From Chrysomallon squamiferum (taxonomy: Eukaryota; Animalia; Mollusca): a stretch of DNA of 64,000 nt. The first letter of the stretch is position 1, and the number at the start of each line of letters is the position of its first letter. Below, piece by piece: positions 14,001 through 27,472 of this stretch. A program made the position numbers and the translations under genes. Where the stretch lies: contig CM022679.1 in NCBI GenBank assembly GCA_012295275.1, positions 28,954,001 to 29,018,000 on the forward strand. Direction: 5' to 3'. The notes beneath the pieces are model-generated. The model saw only the letters and a list, made by a program, of their open reading frames with translations, had not been told where the DNA came from and did no database searches.

Positions 14001-16059
14001 TCATAAAAAAAAAAAAAAAAAAAAAAATATATTTTTTTCATTAAGATTTCATCTATGGACAAGTTTGATACGAAAGCTGATGAGCTGCTTGAACAGAACA
14101 AGAACCTGAGAGAAGTGATTTGTCAGATGAGACAACAGATGGAGCAGCTGGGGCAAGAGATACCAACACAACCAGATCCTCACACAAACCAAGACCAAGG
14201 TGAGAGAATTACTAAACACAACCAGATCCTCACACAAACCAAGACCAAGGTGAGAGAATTACTAAACACAACCAGATCCTTACACAAACCAAGACCAAGG
14301 TGAGAGAATTACTAAACACAGCCAGATCCTTACACAAACCAAGACCAAGGTGAGAGAATTACTAAACACAACCAGATCCTCACACAAACCAAGACCCAGG
14401 TGAGAGAATTACTAAACACAACCAGATCCTCACACAAACCAAGACCAAGGTGAGAGAATTACTAAAAACAAGACCAGATCCTCACACAAACCAAGACCCA
14501 AACACAACCAGATCCTCACACAAACCAAGACCAAGGTGAGAGAATTACTAAACACAACCAGATCCTCACACAAACCAAGACCAAGGTGAGAGAATTACTA
14601 AACACAAGACCAGATTTCACCATAAACCAAAAACAAGCTGAGAAAATAACCAAAATATAACCGGATCTCCATAATCTCAGACTAAGGTGGGTTTATCATT
14701 CTCAGGAAAACATCAGTGCAAACTAGAGATGGTTCCAGCACCAACTGAAACAGCGTTTGTTTTAATGTAATTTTGAAAATTATGAACTGCAGATTATCAT
14801 AAATTTCTAGTTACCTTTTAAGCCACGAAGCAGAAGCCAAGTGATTTTTCATCTGCGTGAAAACAGAAATGTTAATTCTTGTAGACACAAATTGACAGAC
14901 AAAACTAAAGTGTTTCTATTAACATGTATCCAACTGACAGATAAAACAGAACTGTTTCATTAAAATGTATCCAAACTTTTAAAGATCTGTTCTGACTGGT
15001 TTAATTAAAATAATTTTCTAATAAATAAATAAATACAATGTGTATAGGTGGATACTAATACATTGCTATTTTGTTGAAGTTTCTCAGATTTTATAATAAC
15101 ACTATAATTTTCAGATTATGTGTCTGCCATGGAAAAAGAGATGAGAGAACTGAAACAAAGAAACAGACAGCTGGAAAGTCAGTTGGAAATTGCAAAGAAA
15201 CATGGCCGACTTCTTCCGGAGCCTCGTTCTGATAACGAGGCTCTGCTGAATGAAGTGAAAGACAGTGGCATCAGAGAATATATTAAATCACTGAATGACA
15301 CACTAGGTATGAGACAGTGAAAGTAGCAGTAAAACATGAATGATATGTTTATAAAGAGAATAAATTTTAGTATCACAAATAAATACATATATACAAACAT
15401 GCATACATATACAAACACTTACATGAGTACATACATAAACACACATACGTCTATATATATACATACACACATGTGCATAAGCATGCACACATACAGAAAG
15501 CCAAGTTGAATTAATTATTTGCTAAAAGCACAAAAATCTACATTAAAATTTTTCTACAATGGAATCTTTTATTAAATATGCAGCATTTTTCTTTCAAACT
15601 TGCTAGTCAACTCAAAAGAAATTAAAAAAAAAATTAATATGTGTGCATATCTGTGTTTCTGTGTGTGTGTATGTGTGTATTTGTGTGTGTGTGTGTTGTG
15701 TGTGTGTGTATGTGTGTATTTGTGTGTGTGTGTTGTGTGTGTGTTTAATGAAAATATTGTCTTCAAGCCTGTGAGTGTGTATAGTATTTTTGTTGATTTC
15801 TGTGGATTCTTCTATGTTAGTGAGAGCAAATCTAACACATAGATGTGTGATATTTGCAGCTTCTCTGAGAAGTGACAAGGTTGAACTCTCAGCTCTGGTT
15901 AAAAGACAGCAGGCTCGAATCCAGCATCTGGAAACCACTGGAAGTCAGCTATCAAAACAAGTGAGTAATTAACTTACCTGTTAAACTAGAAATTAGTCTT
16001 TGTTTATTTATTGTATAATAATTATTATTATTATTATTACTTTACTACTACTACTAATA

Positions 16060-16094
<35 letters not shown>

Positions 16095-16511
16095 TACTGT
16101 TGTTATTATTTTTTCTTTTCTATTTTAAATTACATCTACATCTATCCTATCTGTCTCTCTATATATCTTTCTGCCAATCTATCTTATCTGTGTACATAAA
16201 TTAATGCAAAAGCAAAAAGGTGTATTGTTTTGTGTACCTGTGACATAGCATTGTTGTTGTTGTTGCTGTTGTTTTAAATTCAAAATTACACAAACGTTGC
16301 AGCCGAGAGAGAAGCAGATAGAGATTGACCAGCTCCAGTACGAACTGAGTTCTTCAAGCAGACGTCACCAGGCAGAGTCAGCCAGTCTGAGGCAGCAGAT
16401 ATCTGACCTTGACCTTCAGCTTGTAGAGACTCGCAAAGAGGCAGATGAATACTTCCGAGCTAACTTAGAACTGAGCATGGAAGTCACAGCTCTGAGAAAT
16501 GAGGTAATTGT

Positions 16512-16606
<95 letters not shown>

Positions 16607-16685
16607 GTCTGTCTGTGTGTGTGTATGTTGCAAGTGTGTACATGTTTAGTGTTGGTAGGATGTTTATTTAAATTACTTGGTTTTT

Positions 16686-16757
<72 letters not shown>

Positions 16758-17831
16758 TGTGTGTGTCTGTATATGTGTTTACTGTTATAAAGTATTTTTT
16801 GTGTATCTCTGTGTATGAGTCTTCTGAATTTGTATGTGCATGTGTGTTTACTATCAGTTACAATGTATATTAATTTTGTGTTTATAGTAACTGTTAATAG
16901 CCTGTGTAGTTAAAGTATTGTTTTGTTTGTGTTTTAAAACAAAAGAAACTAAATGAGCGGTGATGTATATGAGGGGTTTAAATATTATTTATTTTCTCTA
17001 TTTATTTACATTTATTTTCCAGATCTTGACACTCAAAGTGGATTTAGCAGAAAAAAGACCTGCAGCAAATTTTGGAGCTCAGGTACATTTTATTTATGTG
17101 TATACATATGTGTGTGTGCGTGTGCATATGGGTGTGTGTGTGTGTGTGTGTATGTGTGTGTGTTTGTGTTTGTATATACATGAACCAGTTATTCATTTTA
17201 CTTATCTTGTACAGGAGTTAGTGTTTGAAAATTTAGTTATTCATTTTACTTATCTTGTATAGGAGTTGATGTTTGAAAATTTACTTATCTTGGACAGGAG
17301 TTGATGTTTGAAAATTTACTTATCTTGGACAGGAGTTGATGTTTGAAAATTTACTTATCTTGGACAGGAGTTGATGATTCAACAGTTGGAAGATGAGCTG
17401 CTTCGACTCCGCACTAAACAGAGGTCAGTGGGGGACGGTCTCTCTTCACCTCAGATTGAAGTGAACTCAGGTCAAGGGTTAACTACTAACGCAGCCATTG
17501 AAGAACTGCAGCAGAAGCTGAGAAATGCAGCAAAACAGATAGCTCAGCTAGCTAGAGACAAACAACATTTGATCGAGATTGGCAACCGACTCAGGGCTCA
17601 GTTGAAAGAAGCAGGTGATTTGGATTCAGTGAATGAATTATACTTGACAGTGTTATAAATTCACTCTTATCAGGTGTCAGTTATTCTTGCTTTATTTTAA
17701 CAAAAACCAATAAGTAAATCCACTGTAGTCAACGCACAGGCCTACCAATCAACAGGATAACAAACACAACAACCTTTTGATAAATGTCTTGTGACACTGG
17801 GTGAAATGAAAAAGTTCAAGCTTTATCATAT

Positions 17832-17869
<38 letters not shown>

Positions 17870-19855
17870 TATATATTAAAATGATCTTCATTTGATGGTA
17901 AAATGATAAGTCTCTGTTACAGGTGTCTTTGCAGTCAGCTCCTGTCAGATCAAAGCCAGTGTTTCAAGACACAAGTTTGCAGAAAACAGTTCAACCAATT
18001 TCAAAAGAATTTCTTAACAAACTGAACCAGCTGGAAAAACTTCAGTATGAACTAACTAAGCAGGCAGGTTTTTCAGTCTGTAAACTTATAATGTTTGAAC
18101 TAACTAAGCAGACAGGTTTTTCAGGTGTTTTTTTTATATAAAAAAAAGTTAAAAAAAAAAAACAAACCAAAAATTAGAATTTACCATTTTAGATTTCATC
18201 AATACTTTTTTCAATTGTTTCATTATTCCTGATCAGAGAGGCAAACACACTCACAGAAAATACAGTTGTTAACATGAAAACATACTGAGATCTTATCAAA
18301 CAAATTCAGTTTTATCTTTATGCTTGTATAGGAACTGCAATACGCACAAAGATTTCCTGGAAGATTTGAGTCAAAGTTGGCTGATTCTGCTGAGAAAGAT
18401 TTGGGATCGCAAACACAGTTATATCACAGGGAAACTGTGAGACCAGGTTTGTTACATATTAACATACATCTGTTGTATTGTTAATCATGATGGTTGTCAT
18501 AGTAACTATAAAACAGACAAGGTTATCATGTAATATTATATGGTTATTTTATTTTAATATTAATACAAGGTTGTCATATAATGATAATACAGGTTTTTGT
18601 TTTGTTTTTAATTGCACATATATATATATATATATATTTTTTTTATCAATAATGTAGTGGTATATATAAAATACTAGTTGCCCATGTTAAATTTTTCTAA
18701 CACTACTTATGGTAATAATACATGTTCCTGTCTCTATTCTGTCTTCAGCCACTACAAAACTATTAAACTATTTTATTAAATTATTTTAAAATGTTCTTCA
18801 GTGCTGTGCTATTAATACATCAGCACAATTTGATAGTTTGCTTCTTACAGATGTTTCTTAGCAACTCAGAATACAGTGAATGAAACAAGACATTTAAAAA
18901 TTATTAATATATATTTCATTACATTATTTTAAAAAGTTTCTTTGAAATGCAGTACCATTATTTAAAACATCAGATGAATGTTTTGAGTGTTCAGTACCTG
19001 TTTACTTTTCACCAGAGCGAGATAGTTTCTTAGCTGCTCGGAGTTCAATGAATGAAACGCAGACATCCGACGATGTCGCACTCAACAATCCTGCATGGTC
19101 TTCACTGGGAGCAGAATCTCTGCAGGAAGTGTGGAAGATGTTAGAGGACAGACCAAGTCCAAGTCTGTTCACACCTCGAACCCCACACAGAGGCAGTTTT
19201 GTCTTTATTACTTCAATAAATTCAAAATTATATATTTTAATTAAAAAAAATTATAATTCTATTGTTAGTGAGATTTTGGGGGTGGGAGGGGCAGTTAAAT
19301 TTTTTATTTATTGATAAACTTTTATGACTATGTTTGCGTGGATATGAGTTAATAGTGTTCGAGATGTAGATAATTATCAAATTAACTGTTTATCATCTGT
19401 TTATTAACAGTAATTTCACATAAAAGTGAAAGTGCATAAAATTACCATTACTGTGTTATTTAGAACAGATCAAGCAGAACGTGAAATAACCTTACTGCTT
19501 ACTCTCTATTTAAAAAAAACAGTCAAGATTTTTATAACTCACTAGTCACTTAATAACTGAAATATCTATTTAATTTTCAAATTTATCACTTAAGGTTTCA
19601 AGGATCAGTTTTAATAAAAATATAATTTGTATCATTCAAATAGGTGGAGGAGAGCCAATACCAAGGGTAGATAACTCTGTTGACCAGTCAAGAAGTTCGG
19701 GAGAGTTATTATTGGTGGCAGGCACCAGAGCTGATTTAGCTCCAAGATCAAGCACGGAAAAGAAATTTTCTCCAAGAACTGCAGGGAAATACATTAAAAA
19801 ACAGACAGACAGATATTTACGAAATTACAACAAAAAAGATGACAGCCATGGCTAA
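7607..19855 (+). CDS. CCDC57: Coiled-coil domain-containing protein 57 (centriole/microtubule protein), multi-exon
   Basis: Exon peptides match remembered CCDC57 motifs: LKEDFKYNLKLLNERDQELEQYD, AEVSELKIKID, FDEAMRKKEHEFRL, RYKQELVDAAEREAALERSKVQLALDWQ, and C-terminal LRNYN. GT/GC-AG junctions fit. One apparent +1 frameshift near 8915. Confidence 0.9.
9640..9860. repeat. Degenerate intronic minisatellite (cagcatgttgaacttcattttatgtttcatg-like)
   Basis: About 6 imperfect copies visible. Confidence 0.8.
12540..12920. repeat. Degenerate intronic minisatellite (acattacactgtacacaacacaaattataacaccat-like)
   Basis: Multiple imperfect copies visible. Confidence 0.8.
13763..13902. repeat. 43-bp tandem repeat, ~3 copies
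   Basis: ctaattgttttattagtatcaaaaataccatgtatgtgtttaa starting at 13763, 13806 and 13849. Confidence 0.9.
14171..14665 (+). repeat. 50-bp minisatellite (~9-10 copies) spanning a CCDC57 exon end and 5' splice site
   Basis: accagatcctcacacaaaccaagaccaag|gtgagagaattactaaacaca repeated at 14171, 14221, 14271, 14321, 14371, 14421 and onward. Confidence 0.95.
17190..17376 (+). repeat. 35-bp minisatellite (~5 copies) spanning a CCDC57 3' splice site
   Basis: ttacttatcttggacag|gagttgatgtttgaaaat at 17281, 17316 and 17351, plus two longer upstream variants. The last copy opens the exon (ELMIQQ...). Confidence 0.9.
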
Positions 19856-20009
19856 ATGAATTTATTACATTTTCTTTTTAAAAAAGATAAAATAAACATT
19901 CCGTCCAGATCTGTGAGACAAAGTGACGAGTATTCGATGTACGGTAGTTAGGAATATCAGAAGGAATTATCATTCTTCTCTTGCATTTGTGAGCAATTTG
20001 TTTGCTGTT

Positions 20010-20290
20010 GAAATTCTGGGACTGAAAGTGTTTCAAAGTTCAGGATTTTCAGATTTGGAATACAAGGATATAACCAAAGAATAGCACTTAAATCTAAACA
20101 GAAATTCCATTTGCATTTCACATGCAGCATACACAGATGTACTGCAGGATTTTTATATATATATATATACTTTAAATAATTTAGATCATGGGTATTCTAA
20201 ACCATCCAAAATTTGTATGACAATATCACCCTTTCAGCTGCTGGAAAAACGTTTTGTATTTCAGAATTTCAAATAGATCCTCAACCAGTA
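20010..20290. mobile_element. Possible Tc1/mariner (pogo/Tigger-like) MITE remnant downstream of CCDC57; similar end fragment at ~59472-59516
   Basis: ctgggactgaaagtgtttc...ggattttcagatttggaat...gatcctcaaccagTA resembles recalled Tigger-derived MITE ends. No search done. Confidence 0.3.
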
Positions 20291-21389
20291 TTTTCATGTT
20301 TTCTCAACCAGTGAACTACTAAAAAAACAAAACAATCCTCAACTTAAATAAAGAAAATATAGTACACATGCATGCACACACAAACCTTGGGAATATGTCA
20401 CAGATAAACATGAGAAACAGAACATCACTGTTTTTATTTAATTTCTTGTCAAAATGGGTGAACAGATATCAGAAATATATTACTCAAAAAATACAAAATG
20501 TTGAAATAAAAAATTTGGTATTTTGGATAGTTTTGTCATATTTTCAAATATATAAAAAAAAAATAATAAAAATAGATAAATAAATAATAAAAACATGGTT
20601 TTAAAGAATTATGAATATGTAGCTATAGCATGTAAGACCTAAACAGTCTTTGTAAATTAATGAATTATTCTTACTGATCAGCAGCAAGAAATTTTAATGT
20701 TTACCCTCTCATATACAGGCACATTTCTACAGCATTACATAAACATTATGTGTGTAATTATGTACAGATTTATTTTCTTTGAAACAAAATTCTATTTTTT
20801 TTTTTATACATATAAACCCTTAAAGGCTATTTATAACATAATTGTTAACTTAGAAAGAGGTAAAGATGAAAGTGAGTATAAATTGGAAATAAATGTAATG
20901 ATAGAAAAATACAGAACACAGTTTATTTATTTTTTAAATTGATGCACTTAAATGTAGGTCATATAGAATCAGTCTCTAGGCCACAGTAAACTATATCTAT
21001 TATGCATAAACAAAAAAATTATATCATCTACTTTCAGTAACTTTTTTTTTCTTCATCATTTCTTTTTTGTATGTAGGTTAGTGTGGATTTCAAAAGAAAT
21101 ATTTACTTTTTAAAATCAGTCAAATGACATAAATACATACATATATTATATATATATATATATATATAGAAAAAAAATTTCGTCACTTGTAATTTAAAGG
21201 CAAAACAAAGCCCTATGTATCCTTTTCTTCTGGGAAAGTTGTAGAGTTTTGTACGCTGTCCCAAAATGTGCACTGATCTGGTTTGTTTATTTACACTGTG
21301 ACAGAAATGCCAGTTACTGACAAACAGTTGAGACACAGAACTGGTGTCTGTCTCCACTTTAGATGTGTGGTTTTCCTGCAGGTTTCTGC

Positions 21390-24300
21390 TTACTGTATGT
21401 GATGACACCTTTGAGTCTTCAAAACTTTCTCCATCCCTCGACCCAGTCCACCATGAAACTTGTCCAGCTACAGAAAATAAAATAAAATGAAATATTGATT
21501 AAAAAAAGTAATTATAAATATATAAATAAAATATACATAAAAGAAAAAGTATTAGTTATATATCTGAATAAATAATTGAAAAATAATAGAAATTAAATAA
21601 TGAAAAGAGAGAGAAAAAAAAAATAAAAGAAATTCATCTAATAATACTGATATTAAAATATTTTAAACAAACTGTATCTGATACTAATGTAACAACAACA
21701 TCATTAACAATATTAACAGCAACAACTATTCAGTTTTCTCACAAAACAGTAACACATATCACTTGGAACTGTTTTAAAATTTCATGTTGGATGTCTGCAA
21801 GATTATTACACTGTCTTTTTTAATGCTTCTGATGTTTTCATGTATGAACAGGTCAAGCTTGAAACATCAGAAGTAATTTTTGAAGTAAATTAAGTCATAT
21901 ATTTACCGCATCCAATATTTTGGCATACTGGACTTCCACAGTTTCTATGTCGTTTCTGTTCTGTTTTTCCATTGCATCCAAAACTTCATCTAAATTTTTT
22001 ATTTCTTTAATCACTTTCATTTTCTCTGCTTCACTGACACAGAGCTTCTCTTTCAGTGCAGAAAGTTCTCTAAAGGAAGAGATAATTCTTGGCATATTAG
22101 AATAATAATACTTTTATTTAAATTTATATATATATGTTGTATATGTTTGTATGTAATATATTTAATATTGTATGTGTACATTATGTCACCAATCAGAAGA
22201 TTACTCTGCAACTGAATAATCTAACCAGTCCAAGCTACCCTCAAATTAAAGTCACAAATTCAAGTTTAAACAAAACTCTATCACCAACCCAGACTTAACT
22301 CCTAACTAAAAACTCACAATCCAGTCTCACCCTTATAGTTAAACTGAAAATTCACAAATCCAGTCTAACCCTTAAACTGAAAACTGTCATTAATCCACTC
22401 TTACCCATAAGCAAAAACAAAAAAACTACAGCTAATCAAAGCATACGTTCAAACAAAAAAACCGTCACCAATCCAATTCTCTACCCAAAAAATAAAAACT
22501 AACCAATTGTATCCCAGAGCTAACTTACTTTCTGAGATCTTCAGCTTGCTTGTGAACAGTGGCCGATTTCATTCTGTGCTGACTGATGAGTCTGGGGGTT
22601 TTCTCCTGCTTGAAGGACAACTGCTGTTCCAGATCTTTGTTTCTTGCTAGCAGTGCTGTCAGCGTGGCCTGCTGTTCCTGGTGTCTCTCTTGTATACCAG
22701 CTATTTCCTGCTTCAGCTCACTGCAAACATGTCACTTATTTTATTTCTTCATACATTGTTCATACATTTATTCATTTTATTTATAATTCTGGTATTCATA
22801 TTACAAATTCTTCACATTTTTTTTTTTGTTTAAATCTTTTGTTATGTAAATATGTATATGCACACATTAAATTATTTAATTTACAATTATCTGGTTACAT
22901 TTTATAAATAATAATAAAAACTATAATAAACCCCCCAAGAAAAAAATAATAAAAATACAGAAAACACCTAGTTTCTGTAGTTATTACGAATAAAAAAAGT
23001 AATTATAAATTTACTAATAATTTGTCTGTTTAATTTTTATTAATGCTCTGACAGAAGATCAGACTGTCAAAATTTCAATTTGCGTAATTATCCAGCTACA
23101 GGTCAACATTCATAAAAGGATTTGGGAATAACAGACATTTTAATCTCTTTTTTTGTTCACATTAACCTTTACAACAACAGTATTTATTAAAATTCTGAAA
23201 TAGGAAGAACAAAAAAAAAAGGCGTCTGATAGAGAAATACATCATTAAAAATGGTTAACAGATAGAAACGGAAAAAAAAGAGAAAGAAAGGACTACTGAC
23301 TTTTCTTTTCTGATGTCTTCCTGCAGTGACTGAAGCAGTTTCAATCCCTTCTCAGCTGACACTTCTGTCAGCAACATTTTCTCTTTCTGTGTTTGCAGGT
23401 GAGTCAGGTGAGTCTTTTTGTCAGTGAGCGTGGCGCGCAGGTTTGAAACGTTGTGTTCCATCCGTTCCAGCTCCTGTTTCAGTCGCTCAGGAGATTGGAC
23501 AATCTTCTGAGATAATTTCTCATTTTCTTTTTGTGCGTTAAGAATGTCAACTTTTATCTGATCCTGTTAAAAAAAAATTTAATGATAAAATAAAAACAAT
23601 ATCTCTCTCTCTCTCTGTTTTCCAGATTTTTGAATGATTTTAAATGAAATTCACCTGCATTCTAAAACTGAGGATTAATGTTTGTTTAAACTAAAAGGTA
23701 AAATAAATAATACAATAATGATAATCAAATGTAATAAATAAGAGAGAGGAACTTGGGCAACTGTCACCAATTACCACAAGAAATCTATCAAACATAAGTT
23801 ATGTAATAAGCAAAAACTAAGGACTCAGTAAAAGAGTTACTGGCTGGAATGGGAAATAACACAATAGGTCTAGTGTAGAAAAACGATCCTTTGACCCATC
23901 ACATTCCTCCCAACCAGTTAGTTACAGGCAAATAAAAAACGTATGTAAATTTGTAACATTAATGTTGATTAAAAAAACAAAAACGTACCTTCAGAGCAGT
24001 TTTCTCACACAATTTTTCCCTAATTTCATTAATTTGTTTCTGATGTGAACTCTGAACCTTGTGAAACTCTGAAGTCTCTTTGGTGAACAGCTCTAGTTCT
24101 TCTTGTAACTACAGAAATTTTTTCAAAATCAAAACACACACATATATATAAACATTTTACATTTTAGAATTGATTTTTATTACTAGATAATTTTCATTAA
24201 AAAATGTATGTTGACTTTTGTAAGATGGACATATTTTATATTTTGGGCTTGATTTTTATTATTGTAACTGCTTAACCAACTTTTTTTTTTATCAAGAATA

Positions 24301-25959
24301 TGTTATCTGATTTTATCAAGATTATAAATGGCTCTGTCTCTAGACTGTATTAAATGCTTTACCTTTTTAACTTCAGGCTCTTGCTGGGCTCTCTTAGCTT
24401 TGATAGAGTTGATTTTCTGTTGTAGCTGATCATTGGCTTTGATCAGGTAATCTCTCTGTTCACGGAAATGTTCCTGAAAAGAGATTGAATAAATAGTGAA
24501 CTATAAACCACAACTTACAGCACTGAAAGGAAAAACTGATCTTAAAACACACCGTCTAATCAATAATGCCAATGAAATATTTTTGAAAAATAAATAAATT
24601 AATAATTATACACAAAAAAAATATTAATAATTATATTTCCAACCAGTAAAATGAGTTAAGGGCTGCATTAAATTAGAATTCATATTAAAGAAATTCTGGT
24701 ATATTATGTATTTTTGTAAAAGAATAATTTTTACTTAAAACCTTATTTATATCATGTTAAAAATCACTGAAAAAAGAAATTTTCAGTAACAGAATTCAAA
24801 CACTTACATTTTCATTTTTCAGTTGTTCGTAAACCTCCATACGACTTATTTTGAACTGGTAAAAATTCATAGCAGCACTCATAATCCTGATCAACCTTTT
24901 AGTAGCTAGAATCAATACAAACAGTAAATGTATCATTAACATTTTAATATTATGTATTTCTACAATACTGGTGATTTAAAAAAGATAATAAAAGAAACCA
25001 CCAAATGAAGATCAAAATATATATAATTCATCAATAATAATAATATATATATATATATCTATATATATATATATTTAATAATAATAACAACAATAAGACT
25101 CAACTCACTTGGTTCAATGATGTCGCTGAGATCAAAATCCTGATGTCCACATCCACGCATTATACACTGCCTGCCAAGTTAAAACATCAAAAAAAGGAAT
25201 TTATACTAGAGCTACTCAAAGAGGTGGCAGTGTGAATTTGACAGTAACAACAGTTAACCTGCAGTTGCTTGTCTTTCACTCATTGTAAATATATATTCTT
25301 TACAGCTTTATGAAAAGGAATAGGGATGCTCAATCTTAAGAAACTGAATCAAGTGGAGAAAATAAAAAATATATGACTGGGAACCACTAATAATACAACA
25401 TTCATCTGCATTTTCATATTCCAACAAAAAAACATGATGTCCTGCTCCATTCAGAATGAGATATATGAAACTTCAATCAAACGTGCTTCCATTTTAAAAA
25501 ACACTCCCACATCTAAGCTATATAATAAATAAAATATTTAATTTCATAGCACATTGCTGATATTAAAAGAAATCGGTAAAATAACAAATCAGTTCATGCC
25601 ATTTGTGAATATATTACTTATTATTAGTACTAAATTTTTTACCCTGTTCATGTTTCTAAAAATGTTCATTTAACTGTGGATTGTAAAAATGTTTGTAATG
25701 ATACAATAATAATAATAATAAAATATGTATGTAGATCAGTAATGATCAGTTTTTAATGGTTTATTTGAACTTACAAGACCATTATGAAATACATGCGAGG
25801 TGCAGATTCTTCATGTAATTCTGGATATTCTGACTGGTTAGAGAAATGCAGTTGTTGCTGCAGATGAAAAATACACATTCAGTTATTTATTTAAATAAAG
25901 ACAAAAAGATAGATAGACAGAGTGATAAGATAAAGGTGAGATAAAAAGACAGATACAAA

Positions 25960-26041
<82 letters not shown>

Positions 26042-26658
26042 TTACTCATACAAATATTTCAATAATAAATTTTATGATTATATTATTTTTCTAATTACAG
26101 TTTACCTGTTGAAATTGTTCAGGAGAAATATTGGCTAGATTAAACAGCAAGTCCCCATAAATAATCTGCCATCGTTCAGGCTACAACACAACAACATAAA
26201 AATGTAAACATAAATTCTGGAAGCACTGGAATTGAATTCAAATATCAACTGTTGAAGTAAACAATACTGATGAATTTAGAAATTAAAGTTTATTTGCTTT
26301 AGTGAAAAATTATCAAGAAATGGTAAAAATATTTACTTCTCATAAATGTAAGCATTTTTAATGTTTTTGATTGGAGAAGTGCTTTCTAATGGTTATAGTG
26401 GACAGTATTTTCTGGGTGTACCAACTTTCATGGAAATGTCACAATGTGTGCAATCTCTTGAATTAATACATTTTAACTGATTATGATTGCTGAGGAGAGA
26501 AATGAAATAATAACTTTTATATCATTAATTTTATTAAATAACTAGTTAAATGAACTTACATCTGGTCTCCTAATATCATTTTCTGTGACTCCAAGATCCA
26601 GATTACGACAGAATGTAACAATTTCATCAATTTTACGAATTGGAAACTGATATGTCAT
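21390..26658 (-). CDS. NUF2: Kinetochore protein Nuf2 (NDC80 complex), ~11 coding exons
   Basis: MTYQFPIRKIDEIV..., YPELHEES, CGHQDFDLSDIIEP|TTKRLIRIMSAAMNFYQFK, KIVQSPERLK, LDKFHGGL match the Nuf2 CH domain and coiled coil. Exons join at GT-AG sites. Confidence 0.9.
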
Positions 26659-27144
26659 TATTACTGTAACTGTTCAATTCTAAAATATAAATGACACTTT
26701 TTAAACGGTTTTAATAAAAGTAGTGTTGATCATAAATAATATAAAATATTTACATGATATTCATTATATAATATATTAGATTAATAATTTGCATTCTTTC
26801 CACATCCGTACATCGTATATCAGAATACTTTGTATCATTTATGGATGACAATTTCTGAAAAGTTGTCACTGTCATTCAAATGTAACAACTGAATATTATA
26901 ATTATATCATGTTTTAATCATTTTAATGTCATATACTGAGATAGAGATATAAACTTTCACTTTATATTTATTTACAAATTCGCTTTATTTTTTTTTCATA
27001 ATAATATTGTCTCATTCACAATGAAACATGAACTTCTAAAAAGTTTAAATTAAAGGTATTTATTAAAACAATCGATACAAATAAATATCTATCCATCTAG
27101 AGCAACTAACCAGTTAAAATGTCAAATAAAACTTCACATTCAAA

Positions 27145-27165
27145 TCTGGCGCACCGGAAGTTATA
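27145..27165. promoter_or_regulatory. ETS/GABP-type motif CCGGAAGT in the NUF2-ELP6 divergent promoter
   Basis: CCGGAAGT at 27154-27161, between divergent start codons ~0.8 kb apart. This motif is typical of bidirectional housekeeping promoters. Confidence 0.5.
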
Positions 27166-27472
27166 TATATTATGATGGTTCCGTTTCTAATCACCGTAAA
27201 GACAGAAAAGTACAAAACTCAAAAGAACTTTTAATTTAATCTTAATAAAATCGTAAACCAAGACACATGCATATTTTTATGTCTTCCATTCAGTTTCTAA
27301 GTTTATTCATGTATTTTAAAGTTAATAAATATATCTTATGGTTTCTCATAATTATATTTTGTACAGGATTTTAAAATATATGTATCGTCTTATCGGTTAT
27401 TAGGCACGTCCTATATGTCACTAATGTTTAATTTATCTCCCCTTATTTATTTCTCGCAAACGTAAATTTAAT

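Noticed and set aside
15572-17262. Many ORF-track entries (CVCVCV, ERERER, LSLSLS, poly-I/Y/F/D), here and throughout the window
   Set aside because: Translations of microsatellites and low-complexity introns
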